64,000 bases of DNA. Origin: Eutreptiella sp. 'Long Island Sound 2002' (lineage: Eukaryota; Protista; Euglenida). Below are positions 48,996-62,127 of the stretch, piece after piece. The DNA lies in the NCBI GenBank assembly GCA_964036045.1, contig OZ038378.1:182342001-182406000 (forward strand). Reading direction: 5' to 3'. Position 1 is the stretch's first letter. Each line of letters opens with the position of its first letter. The translations under genes and the position numbers were made by a program. The notes below the pieces were generated by a model, which did no database searches, was not told the DNA's origin, and was given only the letters and a program-made list of their open reading frames with translations.

Positions 48996-51382
48996 CAAGC
49001 ACTGAGGTCATGCGAAATCCGTCTCCTTGCCCTCCTCCTCCTTTGGCTCCTCAATTCAAGGGCCTAGATGCGAATGACAGTCAAAAAATTCCTAAAATCG
49101 TTTTGCATGTGAATCGCTTCAAGTAGCATTGAATGGCGTCCCACCCCCCTTCGTTGAAGCCTCACCCAGGTTCCAAAAAATTGTGGTTGCCAGGGAGGTC
49201 AGTCTTAGACACAACGAAGTGGGCGCATGTGTAAAACACTTTTGTGCTCAGTTCAAAAGAGATGGTTGCATGGTCCCTGTATGGGGGAATCCTTGCACTG
49301 TGCGCGTACTGCGTGCTACTTTTTAGACTAAACCCCCCCCCCCCGAAGAGCCCCAGACAAACCCTTTCCGAACCCCTTCAACATTAGGCCACCTGAGCTA
49401 CCCTACCTGGACACAGTTGCAAGCTACCTTCCCTTCCCATAAGAAATCATGCAAAGTGGAACAGGCCATGAACGGCGATGGTTGCGAACCAGGGCATCAC
49501 GCTCTCAACAACATGCAAACTTCTTTTTGTTCAATTGTCAGCTAAGTACAATGAGTACTTTGTGTGCACAGGCTGACACAATTGCGGAATTCAACTGTTG
49601 TCACCTTGTCACATGTGTGCATGTCAATGTAATCCGTAGAATATTTCAGATGACACTTGTCACACATGGACAGCTTGTCAAGGTTAGACTTGGCGCAACA
49701 AAGCGCCCACACATCCCCATCGTCACCCACAACATCCTCATTGTCCTCATGTGCACGTGCAGCCCATACATGGGCGGGTAAGTGTTACCATGGACCATAT
49801 GGAGGGTAGCGTACTTGTGTTCCACTCAAAAATTGCTGCAAGTGCGAGAATGCACGCACGCACTCATGAAAATTAGTACCGGATCCCCACCATATGTTCC
49901 TTACGATGCCCCAATGCCAAACACATGTGTGCAAACAACAAGTGCTCAATGTGTGCCCTGTAGAAACCATGAACACTTTTTTTTCCCTCACAGGCTCAAC
50001 CATTCTGCGGAGCGAAACCATGAACATCATGTACTCCTTTTGCCGAGCGGTCAAAGTCTTTCGACCAATACATGGCACTGCACCCCGGTATCCTTGTGGG
50101 TTTGCTGAATCTTGAGGTCAAAGCATCCCATACAAACATACCAGACGTGCAGACATAGTGGGCAAAAATCACAGACCATGCGGCGACAACGAGTACAAAA
50201 TGTGTGAAAAGGCTTGAAAATAGGTGAAATTGGGTGAAATTGGGTGAAATTTCAAATCCACCATTTCCCCAATGCCGGAGCAACATCAACAACTTGCCGT
50301 CAAACAACAATGATGCCCCTAGTATCACAAAATATGGGTTTTTAGTATGGCCAAACGCCCAAATAGTTGCACTGTGCCACCTACAAAACAAACAGTAATA
50401 AGATCCACCGCAAAAAACATACCCTCCCCCTTTGCACAAGGAAAGCATAGGTCAAGTGCGGAAAAAAGTGCAAGTCGCATACTTTTCTTTTAGGGTCAGT
50501 TGTGTGCATTGGTTTTTTTTTTCACTGTCCGGTGCCATCCACAACCGATCGACAGATTGCATCGTCCGGCTCTTCAAACTCGTTGTCTGAGACAGCACAT
50601 TACTAGACCTTGTCGCCTACCTGCCGTCCTCATAGAGGCATAGGGGCATAAGGCTAAGGAGTGTTCGGCGATGTGGTTAGCGCCTTCCCCAAGGCCACTC
50701 TTGCTGAGGCGCAGGACATATGGGTGGTTTGGCGTATGAGTGCTGACTGTCTGGGTTGTCAGCACAAGAGGAGGCGCCGCAGGCGCCTCCGCACTGTATA
50801 CCCTTGCAACGTTCATTTGTGCCTGTTATAGCCTGCCGAGGCAGGTGGTTGGCTTATCTAGTCTCGTCCCTTGATAGGGGCACCAAAGACGCCCCCGCTC
50901 CTGCGGTTGTCCACGTTATTGTTGTCTTGCCTCCTTACGCTCAGTGTCACCCCATGGCCCAGGCATGTGAGGCTCCGTTTTACCCCCTCCAGTGGCCTGT
51001 GCTCCCTTACGGCTCGCCGTCATGGGACGGTGTCTCTTCACCGGCGCTTGTGTGGCAGATCGTCTCGTGCCCAAGGTCCGGCTAGGGGGGTCCTTAACGC
51101 AACAAAAAAAAAGTTGTTCCGGAACCTGGTATTTTCAAAAGAGCCCGCGGACAGTACATGCCTTCACCCCGGTGTTCCCAATTGTTCAACCCTGAGTCCC
51201 TAGCCCAAATTTGTATAAGCACACAACCATATGATCCTAGCCCCACATGTGTTGCGTGATAGCATCCAAACCCTACCTCACACCCTGCATAATTCAACAT
51301 GAACAAGAGCAATGCTTTTTTCAATCAAATCCAGTGACGCAGCGTTCGACCACCCAAATGTTCCATCGCCGGTGGCACAGGC

Positions 51383-51974
51383 CCACTTGTGGGCAAGGTG
51401 GCTGCGTAACCCCTGCCACCTCGGGGATCCCCTCCGCTTCGGAGCGGGGGACAAAATCAGAAGTGGCCCACTTGTAGGCAAGGTGGCCACGTAACCCCTG
51501 CCGTCTCGGGGATCCCCTCCGCTTCAGAGCGGGGGCAAAATCAGAAGTGGCCCACTTGTGGGCAAGGTGGCCACGTAACCCCTGCCGTCTCGGGGATCCC
51601 CACCGCTTTAGAGCAGGGGGCAGAATCAGAAGTGGCCCACTTGTGGGCAAGGTGGCTATGCAACCCTTGCCGCCTCGGGGATCCCCACCGCTTCAGAGCG
51701 GGGGGCAGAATCAGTACCGGCCCACTTGTGGGCAAGGTGGCTACGCAACCCCTGCCGCCTCGGGGATCCCCTCCGCTTCAGAGCGGGGGGCAGAATCAGA
51801 AGTGGCCCACTTGTGGGCAAGGTGGCTACGTAACCCCTGCCGCCTCGGGGATCCCCACCGCTTCAGAGCGGGGGGCAGAATCAGAAGTGGCCCACTTGTG
51901 GGCAAGGTGGCTATGTAACCCCTGCCGCCTCGGGGATTCCCACCGCTTCAGAGCGGGGGGCAGAATCAGAAGTG
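51383..51974. repeat. Minisatellite with an 84-85-bp unit, about 7 copies
   Basis: CCCACTTGT(G/A)GGCAAGGTGGC...AACCCCTGCCGCCTCGGGGATCCCC...TCAGAAGTGG recurs at 51383, 51467, 51551, 51636, 51721, 51806 and 51891. Confidence 0.95.
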
Positions 51975-52119
51975 GTGCCCAAAAGAGGGCGGAATTGCTA
52001 CGTAACTCCTGCTTTCTCGGCAATCCCCAAAAAGGGGGGATAGACATGGCCCACGTTGGGCCGGGGCAAAAAGGCCTCTGTAGGCGATCCTTAAGGGGGG
52101 GTCCCTTAAAATCTCGTCC

Positions 52120-52700
52120 CTTAAGGACCCCCTTGGGCCAGGCCCTCGTGCACGGACGTGGCTTGGCGCGTAAGCAACGCCTCCTGGCGTTTGCCCCATC
52201 TCATGCATAGCACGCGCGCAACAAATTGTTTGCGGCCATCTCTTCGCCCGGGTTCCCGTAGCACCTCGAGGTCTGGGGCCTTATAGCTACAGTTCGTCCA
52301 TAGCTTGTGATCACTCACTGCTAGCCTCACTACTCGCCGCCGCAGGGCCGTCCCCCACAGGGAGTCTTGTGTGGACCGGGCCCGCAGTGTCCGTGGTTGG
52401 CATGGGCAGACTCCCTCGTTGCTGTTGTACTGTGATGAGAGCCGCATACGCAAATTCGGCGGCACGGCGCCTCCATTGGTGGCATTGTTCCAAGTGTATC
52501 AGCCTAGCTTGTAACAACCTAGGATGCTTGAGGCCGCACAAGGGGCATGCCACTTTTGTCACAGTACCCAGGTAATTGCACCCTGTCCACGCTATGTTTC
52601 CCCACAACCTTTGCGCCCACAACCGGCGCCGTATGCCTTTCAGCGGCCGCCATGTTGTCTCCGCTGTTTCAGGATCCACTGCGGAGAAAACATGAATTAG
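52120..52700 (-). mobile_element. Probable degenerate retroelement 3' fragment (Cys/His knuckle)
   Basis: RLWAQRLWGNIAW...ACPLCGLKH...LIHLEQC resembles the zf-RVT region of non-LTR elements. No RT motif was seen. Confidence 0.35.
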
Positions 52701-53319
52701 ACGGGGTGCATTGGGTTGTGTGCACTTGTTTTTTTGGCACAAATCGTGCGTGGAAGTAAGTGACAAAAAAATTGTTAGGTGTAAGCGGCATGAACTTTTC
52801 GGGGGGTGTCGGAAAATATTTTTCAGAAACAAGAGAACGACAAGAAGAAGCACAAGAACCACCCATCAACCAGCATTGCTACAAGAGGAGGTGAAGCATA
52901 TAGCCCACAGGGACATTTTATATCCCCTTGGCATGTGTGAAGCAATGGAGCCGTGGCATGAAGGGTGACTTGAGAGGAGTGGAGAGAAGATTAGAAGCAC
53001 GGGGGGGGGGGGTAATTGCGGGGGTATTGTCCGCGGGAAGAGCATCCCAGCCCCCCATTTGCCCCCCACAACCCCCCTTGTGCAACCCAAAATGGACCTG
53101 GTGGGCTAAAAGAGTACCATACATGCACACTAAATGAAATACATCCCAGTTCTCAAATAGTGTCGGGCACCTCCGAACAGTTGGGTATGTAGCCCAGGTG
53201 TGATCCAACAATTCGCACCGCCCCTACCAACGTCTATGGTAGGGTTTCATCGGCTTGGGTATTTCCGGCCATGGGCACCAGAAACCTCGGGACTGTGGGT
53301 CCCCGAGGCGGTGATGGGG

Positions 53320-53510
53320 TTCGAAACGCACCATGGGGTTAGAAATGCAGCATGGGGGGTGAAACATTACAAGGGCGGTCATGGGGTTCGGAATGCACCA
53401 TGGGGTTAGAAATGCAGCATGGGGGGTGAAACATTACAAGGGCGGTCATGGGGTTCGGAATGCACCATGGGGTTTGAAATACCCCACCATGGGGTGAGAA
53501 ATGCATCAAG
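53320..53510. repeat. Short tandem repeat with a 67-bp period built from ~19-bp CATGGGGTTnGAAATGCA subunits
   Basis: CCATGGGGTTAGAAATGCAGCATGGGGGGTGAAACATTACAAGGGCGGTCATGGGGTTCGGAATGCA occurs at 53331 and 53398, with degenerate flanking copies. Confidence 0.85.
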
Positions 53511-54854
53511 GGGAGGGCATAAAGGGGGGGTTGGGTTGGGTTGGGTCAAGGCCTCGCCTGGTCGCCTACCCACGGTCCGCCGCGCCTTCCCTGCCGGACC
53601 CGACTGGGCGGCCGTACCCGGGTGTCCGGTCACAAGGCCTGCCGGACTGTTGACCGCCCCCAGACCCCGCGGTGGCGCTCGCGGGCGGGAGATGCCGCCG
53701 TGCCTGTGTGTATGTGCCCTTGTGTGTCTGGGGGGGGGAGAGGGCTGTGGCACACCTGCTTGCTCCATTGTTGTTCGGCCGTGGCGCACATGGCGCAGGG
53801 AAGTGTGTGCCTGGTGCTCCAGGCCCCGGCAGGGAGGCTGGAGAGCCTGACTCTGAGCCCGCCGGGGGAGATGTGGGCCTGGGCTCGCAACCTCCACGTC
53901 ACAAGGACATACTACCCAACCACTCCACGACTGCCTATTGGCACGGGAAGGCGGTGGTACGTGGCACGACTGGGGTCAGACCCGCACTCCTTGACTGCCT
54001 TAGGCACAGGTGGTGCTGCCTCGCGGGCTGGGTCCGGCTCCCACGGCCGAGGGCGTACCCTGGGCAGGTGGAGGGGCACCAGGGCGCAGAGTGTGCTTCC
54101 CTGCCCTGGGTGCCGCCAGTGCTGGCTGCACTGGCTGCGGCGCTACAGCCCGCGTAGACGAGGGGGCCCAGAGGGCACCACACCCGAATGGCCTCTCCTT
54201 TGAGGAAGGGGGGGTGGGGTCGGCTGGTGGCTGTCTGGCCTCCAGGGGTCGCCCACAACTGCACTGGAGTGCACGGGGCTGTGCTGGCCTAGGCGTCTGT
54301 GATGAAGTTGGAGGGGCACGTGCACACCTGGAGGTTCCCTGGGCAGGCCGCTCAAGGGATACCCACAGCGGTCAAGCTGTGAGCCCTTCACAGCCTCCAC
54401 TCTTTAGGCCCTGAGGGCGCCGACTCCGTGCACCCCTCCCGTCAGGGGCGCAGGCTGGGGGGGGGGGGGGGTAGGGTGGTGGATGGGTCTACCTGTTCAC
54501 TTGTGTGGGAGAGGAGGACCACCTGCTGGGTTACCATGCGGGTCCCAGATCCCAACATACTCGTCGCTCGGCGTCCGCTCCCTGAGGGACCTCGATCACC
54601 ATGTGACGGCCTGCAGTGAGGGTGCGAGGGCATGCTGGGGGGGGGGGGGTGCTGGGCCTGCTTTCGGTCCGGCCCCATTTCTGTTGGGGGGGGGTGGGGG
54701 CAGCAAAAGGTCTGCTCCCCTGTTTCCTGGTCCCCAAGGGGAACCAGCCCACGGCCTGCACCCTCGCTTTGTGGTGGCTGAAATTTGGGCCGACAAAGCA
54801 TAAAGGGGGGGGGGGGGGCTATACTAGTCGGCCGGTCGGTGGGCAGAATTGCTG

Positions 54855-56660
54855 CATAAACCCTGCATTCTCGGGGGTCCCCAAAAAAAGGGACAAATCA
54901 AAAGTGGCTACCTCACCCCTGCCTTCTCAGGGCCCACAAGTGGGCGGAGTTGCTATGGAACCCCTGCATTCTCGGGGGTCCCCAGCAAAGGGGACAAAAT
55001 CAGAATTGGGTGCCTCACTCCTGCCTTCTTGGGGGCCCACAAGTGGGCGGGATTGCTATGCAACCCCGGGGGAATGTTTGCCTGGCGCGCGCCCAGCGCG
55101 CTGATTTTCTATTAACTATCCCGACTTCAGCCCCATATTTACCCTCTCATGGAGAAGCCCCCCAAGTAGACCACGTTGCACTGCACACCTTCCCTACAAA
55201 GCACGTTGCATAATAAAGCAATATCTGAGAATTCAGCAACTCCAACCATCATATGTACTGTGCTTAACAACGAAAGGGAACAAAATCAAAAATGGCTGCC
55301 TCACCCCTGCCTTCTCCGGGGCCCAAAATAGGGTGGAAATGCTTTGTTACCCCTACATTCTTGTGGATTGCGAGTCCCTAACCCCAACTCAAGGGGCCGC
55401 GCAAGAAAGTGTGGATTCAGAGATTGCCCCGGTTTCCTCAATAGCACCGGAAGGTTGGGGCCCAAAAGAGGGCGGAAATGCTACGTCACCCCTGCATTCT
55501 CGGGGGTCCCGAACAAAGGAGACAAATCACCATGATGCTCCTAGTATCTCAAAGTATGGGTCTCTAGTACAGCCAGACGCCCAAATAGCTGCACTGCGCT
55601 AAATGCGGCCCCCTTAGTGCACCCCCTACAAGGCCACCGGTGGGGCACGGGTAACAAAAGATGCCTGGCGCGCGCCTGGCGCGCTAACGTCCCCCCCCCC
55701 CCCCCGGTGTTCTCGGGGGTCCCCAGCATAGGGGACAAAATCAGAATTGGCTGCCTCACTCGTGCCTTCTCGGGGGCCCACAAGTGGGCGGAATTGCTAT
55801 GCAACCCCTGCATTCTCGGGGGTCCCCAACAAAGGGAACAAAATCAGAAGTGGTTGCCTAACCCCTGCCTTCTCAGGGGCCCGCAAGTGGGCGGAATTTG
55901 CTACGTAGCCCCTGCACTCTCCGGGGGTCCCGGCAAAGGGGACAAAATCAGGCTATCACACCCCTGCCTTCTCGGGGGCCCACAAGTGGGCGGAATTGCT
56001 ACGTAACCCTTGCGTTCTCGGGGGTCCCCAGCAAAAGGGACAAAATCGGAAGTGGCTGCCTCACCACTGCCTTCTCGGGGGCCCACAATTGGGGGGAATT
56101 TGCTACGTAGCCCCTGCATTCTCCAGGGTTCCCGGCAAAGGGGATAAAATCAAAAGTGGCTATCACACCCCTGCCTCCTCGGGGGCCCACAAGTGGGCAG
56201 AATTGCTATGCAACCCCTACGTTCTCGGGGGTCCCCAACAAAGGGAACAAAATCAGAAGTGGTTGCCTGACCCCTGCCTTCTCAGGGGCCCGCAAGTGGG
56301 CGGAATTTGCTACGTAGCCCCTGCACTCTCCGGGGGTCCCGGCAAAGGGGACAAAATCAGGCTATCACACCCCTGCCTTCTCGGGGGCCCACAAGTGGGC
56401 GGAATTGCTACGTAACCCTTGCGTTCTCGGGGGTCCCCAGCAAAAGGGACAAAATCGGAAGTGGCTGCCTCACCACTGCCTTCTCGGGGGCCCACAATTG
56501 GGGGGAATTTGCTACGTAGCCCCTGCATTCTCCAGGGTTCCCGGCAAAGGGGATAAAATCAAAAGTGGCTATCACACCCCTGCCTCCTCGGGGGCCCACA
56601 AGTGGGCAGAATTGCTATGCAACCCCTACGTTCTCGGGGGTCCCCGGCAAAGGGGACAAA
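54855..56660. repeat. Satellite of ~102-bp monomers with a 409-bp (4-mer) higher-order repeat, interrupted at about 55070-55700
   Basis: Monomer is GGCCCACAAGTGGGCGGAATTGCTA...AACCCCTGC.TTCTCGGGGGTCCCC...AAATCAGAAGTGG. Identical ORF translations recur at 55898/56307 and 55901/56310, and ORF starts also recur at 55996/56405. Confidence 0.93.
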
Positions 56661-59600
56661 ACAAAAAGTGGTTGCATTGGGGGCAAGGACAAAATTGTGG
56701 ACGTGCAGCCCAAAGGAATATGACCAAAAAAAATTTGCGGAAATGGTGTGCTTGCGTAGAAAAACGCCCTTAAAACCCTCCCACAAACCACATTTTAAAA
56801 AAGGGGGGGGTTTCCAAAACCCCCCCACAGTATCAGAGTTCTAAGAACACCCGCCCCCCCTAGATTAGAAGAGAGAGAAGAAGAGAAAACTGTGCTGAAA
56901 AATATGCACCAACTACCAAGGGTCGGCGAACACACCTTTGTGGATAAAACAGGACTTCAAATTTGCCGGGTCTTGTGACTTAGTCTTTGCATGCCGATGG
57001 GTGTTCCGCGCACAAGATTGATAGGGACTTTGCTTGAGGTCTGGTGGTTTGGTCTGGTGGTTTGCTAGTTAGGTCATCCATAAACATTTGGTCGCGCACC
57101 AACCGACCCTGTGCGTCCTTTGGATACCCCTTGCGGACCTGGACTCACTGCCCACGGATGGACACGTATTGCATGGCAAGTGTCATCATCTATGGGGTCC
57201 GAAGAGGCAGAGGAGTGCGGCGTTGGTGGGTGGGGGGGGGGGGGTGTCAACACTGCCCTTCACCGACCACACATTTAGGGGCAGGTCCTCGGAGTTGGGG
57301 GCTAGGGAGGGAGGAGTTTCTCCATCTTTCGGCTCGAAGGAGGGGTGGCAGGCATATTGTCCTTGGGCTCTAAAAGAGGGTCCTCTCCTTCAAAAAGGAG
57401 GGGCAAAGTAGATGGAGGCGGGGGCGCAAAGTTGGAGGCTGGTTCGGGAGGAGATTCTCCGGCTTTTCCAGCAAGTTTGTCCTCTTGCCATCTATTTTTC
57501 GGAATAGCGCCTCGGAGTTGGACAGAGCGATCTGCATTGATGATGTGCATTGCTTCGCGGATGAATCCTTGCAGCAAAGGTATTCGGATAAAATTGATGT
57601 CCTCTAAGCTTCCCATTGAGCGATCACCTGATCGCAAATATGCAAGGATTGATAGCCACATAAACAACCGTCAATATTCCTACACATGTGCCACCCCCGC
57701 TGCAACCAGCTGTTGATGCTGTCTGATGTCGGTTGCCCACATGGCTCTGTGTGCCGTGTAGAAGTGCGCCAGGGTTGTTGGCATGTAGACCCTCTCCCCC
57801 ACCCCGCCAGTTGGTGCCAAATATACATCCTCGCCGCCCACCAAGTGTATCCGCATTCCGCCGGGACCCGGTGTGACTCAAATCCGTAGATCAGTCTAGC
57901 CCGTCTCAGGTGTTCATCCGCCATTTCCCGGAGGGAGGCCTGCTGGTGCGCCCACCGTAGGTAGAGGGCGACCACAACGTTTTCGCTCCAAAGCAGTGTA
58001 GTTGCGGATTCCCACCTATTGTAGTCCCTTTCCAGCTGGCATAGCCATGTCCCGACCGATCCTAACCTTTTGAAACCTTTTCAAATCCAAAGCCCAAGCA
58101 TATGTGGAAACCCCATTTGTCGGAGGCATTTCAACATTAGTTGAATCAAGGAGGTGCTAGGCATTGGCTCCCAAATCCACAGTTCGAAGGTCCATTGGCA
58201 CATTACAATCTATGGCACAAAAAAACAATTGGAGCCCTTCGCGATCGCCCCTATGACCAATAAATATGTGCAGCGGCCTCTAGGCCAAACCACCGCAGGT
58301 TGCTTGAGTTTTTTCATAAGCATTCATTTTCTTGTAGACAGGGCATAATGTATGTCACCGCCATAGACCATGCCCCCCCCCCCTGCTCAATACACAGCAT
58401 TTCATTTCTTATGTGCATCCATCCATTAAAGCAACACAAGCAGCAAGCATTGGATCTTCAATGGACAAAGTGGCAGAGCCCACACACAAGAAGATGCAGA
58501 AGTGTACCAATGGGGGGGACCCTGCCTCAACAAAGTGTTCGTGGGCTGAAATTTTCAGCACTATGGTATGGTGACATCCATGTTCAGACCATCTTGCTAC
58601 AAGCCGGCACATGCACACACAATGCGTGTCTACAGTCGCTAGAGGGCCGCTGCAGCGTGTAGCATGTGCACCACGAGCTGGTCCCCTAACCACCCTGAAG
58701 GGCTTCCCTCCCCTACCCATCGCTTGACCACAGCCTTCATGACCATGGCCCTGCGCTGCAGCAATGATGGTGTGTGTCTGGGTTGTTCGGTGGCTAGTAG
58801 GTAATGCCTCTCATAAGTAGGGCCAACTTGCGTGCTGTAACAACTGCACAGCCTTCACACTCATCCTTCGAGGGTCCATGTGACACACATTTCATTGGGA
58901 TGTTTTGCACCTTGTCTAAAACCAATTGGACAAACTTGATGTTTTTTGCACATGGAAACTGGGTAGAAGGACGAAAAGTGTCGCATCTGTGAACAAGAAG
59001 TGAAAACAAGAAGTGAAAATAGACGTATTGATTCCAACACATATCTTTGGTACCATGTTTCCCCAAACCCCCATCATACCATAAGCGGTGGGGACCAGAC
59101 TGCCACACTAGGCTAGACATGCAAGCAACTCATATAAATGCATAACAAGGCTCATTATTACTCGTATGAGGCACCACTATGTAGCTTGGGTATGGTCCTG
59201 CACAACCTTTGTGCATGGTGCGCAGTACGCCCCCTCTTTGGACAGCACACCCTACCATTCTTCATTCCGAGGTGCAATTGGAAATCACGAGCCCTATGGG
59301 GTGATGGGCATTCTTTTGAGCCCATGACTGATGAAGCTTATTGATGAAGAACCACGACAACCTTGCGAGTGTGCAGCACACCGCAGCTGTTGACCCTCAC
59401 TTCTATTTACAACATCAACAGTGGAATGGTGTCACCTTTCCTTCTATCCCAAAAACTTATCCAAAGAAATGAAATCAAAAATTAAGATCCTTTGCCCTTC
59501 GGTAACTTTTCCTTGCCGAACACTGGTTGTATCAGTCCCCAAAGCAGCGAGGTCTCAAAATGGAAAATGGCAACATAGCCCCTGCTGTATCAAGGGTACC

Positions 59601-62127
59601 AAAAGCGGGAAGCGGGGGTCCCTAAAACGGGGAGGTTACAAGATGGCCACATAGTCCTTGGTGTATAATCCATACCTTATCGGGATTCTCCAAAGCGGGA
59701 CAAATGGCTACATAACACCTGCTGTACTGGGTCCCTAGAGCGGGAGGTGAACAATGGGTGCACACGTAATCCACACTTAATCCACACAGGCACAGGGGGC
59801 AGCCGGCATATACACCCAGCAAAACAACCGCAACTGTGTCTGGGGAGGAAGGTGGTCTAGTCGACAGAGACATTAGGGTAAAGCAGCATTTACAGCCAGT
59901 ACGACTACTGTAGGTGTGTGTAGAGAGGTAATCCGCAGGCGTAAGATACCCCTGACTGGGCAGTCGGCATACACACATGGCACGACGACATTCAGAAGAA
60001 ATGTCCGGGGGACAGACAAACAATTGTAGGCGCGACATTTAGAAAACCGATCGTGCGTAGCAACTCAATGTACCGAGTACTTCAGCAACGAGCGCCCTCG
60101 GGCACATCAGTGTGGGACATGTGTGCGTTCAGGCTGGCCTTCAGTCAAGGTGAGAGAGGTAGCCTGCAGATGTACCGGAAAGCGCAAGGCTGTCAGCTAT
60201 CTCCAGAGCCCAATGCTCACCTTCCCAAGTCAACTACACCATAGGCATAGAAAGTTTTTCTTGGGCAATTTTGGCACTATGGACTTTTTGGTCAAATGCC
60301 GGTGCTCCTAGTCCCCCGGGAAGATGTGAGGGTAGGGACTATTGAACAGGCGTTACATGAGAATCAGCACCGGCATAAACCTCAGTAAAAAGGTGCCAAA
60401 AAGTCCTACGGCCCTGTCCACAAAAGCAGCAAAGTGTGGAAGGGACCAGTAGCAGAAACAGAGGGCTGCCACGTGGGCAGTGCCAGGGGTGCCCAGTGTG
60501 GTCGCAACCTGCAGTGCAGAGGGCACTGCGGAAAAGTATGCATATATACATACATATATGTACATATATACCAAGGCTTCCATTCGAATCATGCTCAAAC
60601 TGCGAGGTTCAACATTCCTACATTCCTACATCGCTGCAATAACCATGAGTTCGTAGTTCATGTGTGGGCCTTGCAGTAGCCCCTAGCACACTGATTCTGT
60701 ATATATGTATATATATATTTATATATGTATATCTGAACTCCCGCAAGCAAATCACAGCACATTGGGCTCAGATTCAGCAATGGATGAATGAGTTCATTAC
60801 AATCGAGGATGAGGAAACCCCGTTGGGAAAGGTTAAACCCCCCCCCTTATCCAAATCTCGATGGCCTCCCAGCACTATGTGCGTGGTATGTGCATGTAGA
60901 CGCAGGCATTCTGCCAACATATGTGCATTGCGCTCTGGCACACACCCTAGCAACACAGGGAGATGTATTTTTCGTAGCGGCATGTGTTGACCCGATTGAT
61001 TTGAATTGTTGGAATGTGCCGAACAAGGGACAGGGATATGGTCGGCATGTCGTTGCCCATTCCTGTCTTCCCAAGACATCCATTGTTTGCTCATAGACAA
61101 TTCAAAAACAAAAGCACAGTCCCCCAGGCTGCCCATCATTGGGTAACCCTGCCGTTGGACAATGGGGGTCGCAAGGAGGCCACACAGCGCTCTACACATG
61201 CACGTCCGAGTATGCATGTGCAGCAATGTTGGGCAATGTTCTCCGATACTCATTCAACTCAAATACTCAATGGGGGTGGGCGCAGAGGAACTGGGCAAAT
61301 CTGCAGGCAGGGACTGCTCCTCCATCCTGGGTGCGCTGCATTATCCATGGACCCAGCAATATAACATAGTGCAGACACAAACTGAAGGGTGGTGGTGCTG
61401 GGCCACAAACGAGGTCAGTGCTGAGGAACCGACTGACCCTGCCTTCAAACAACTTCAGCCATTAGTCCTCAGAGTCACAAAGCGGTGTGCACAGTTCTCT
61501 GTGGCTATGTACAGCTGACATGATGCACTCGGTTGTTCCATCAATATGAGTGATTGGTGCTGCGTTTTCGTTCCGGCATCTCGTGATGGGGCCTGCCCTC
61601 CACAAATCGACAGCAGAAAGGGCGAGGCATGGAGCCAGTAAAATACTATGCACTGGCGGAGGCATGGAAACGGAATATCAAAGTGCGTTGGACTCTAATG
61701 CAACACCGGAAATGAAATGATAAAAGCAGAGACCCGCGTCAATTGGCAACGGGACGCAGAAGACCATGAAGCACAGATTTCGGGCATTGAAAGGGGGGTT
61801 CACGGTGCACTAAATGGGCGGGCGCGGTACCAAGCACCAGGCCACCTGTGCGGCACAAATGCGCCCCTGACAAAGGATGTGGTTGCATAAATGTAAAACC
61901 CTTTTTGAAGACTGCGGTTCTAGAATTGCACAAGGCCAGCACTCACTCTGCTGCGACCCAAGGTGAGCAGGTCATAGCTGCTGATGGTGTTCGGTACCTC
62001 TCGTCCAAGCCGGTTGTGCGCGTCTGCAGGAGGAAGGGGGCTGCTTTGAAGAGCCACGCTTGGCGCTTGCGTCCGGGCATTCAGAGGTCATTGGGTGGGA
62101 CTGAGTCAGTCATGATGCGGTGGGGGG

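Noticed and set aside
48820-49011. Gly/Asp-rich ORF as a 5' extension of the 628-aa protein
   Set aside because: It is a trinucleotide microsatellite and ends in a stop before the acceptor.
53541-54414. Long overlapping GC-rich ORFs
   Set aside because: No recognisable domain; open frames in several phases are expected at this GC content. At most a decayed repeat.
51383-56660. CRISPR-like appearance of palindromic repeats
   Set aside because: The whole monomer repeats with no unique spacers, there are no cas genes, and the context is eukaryotic.
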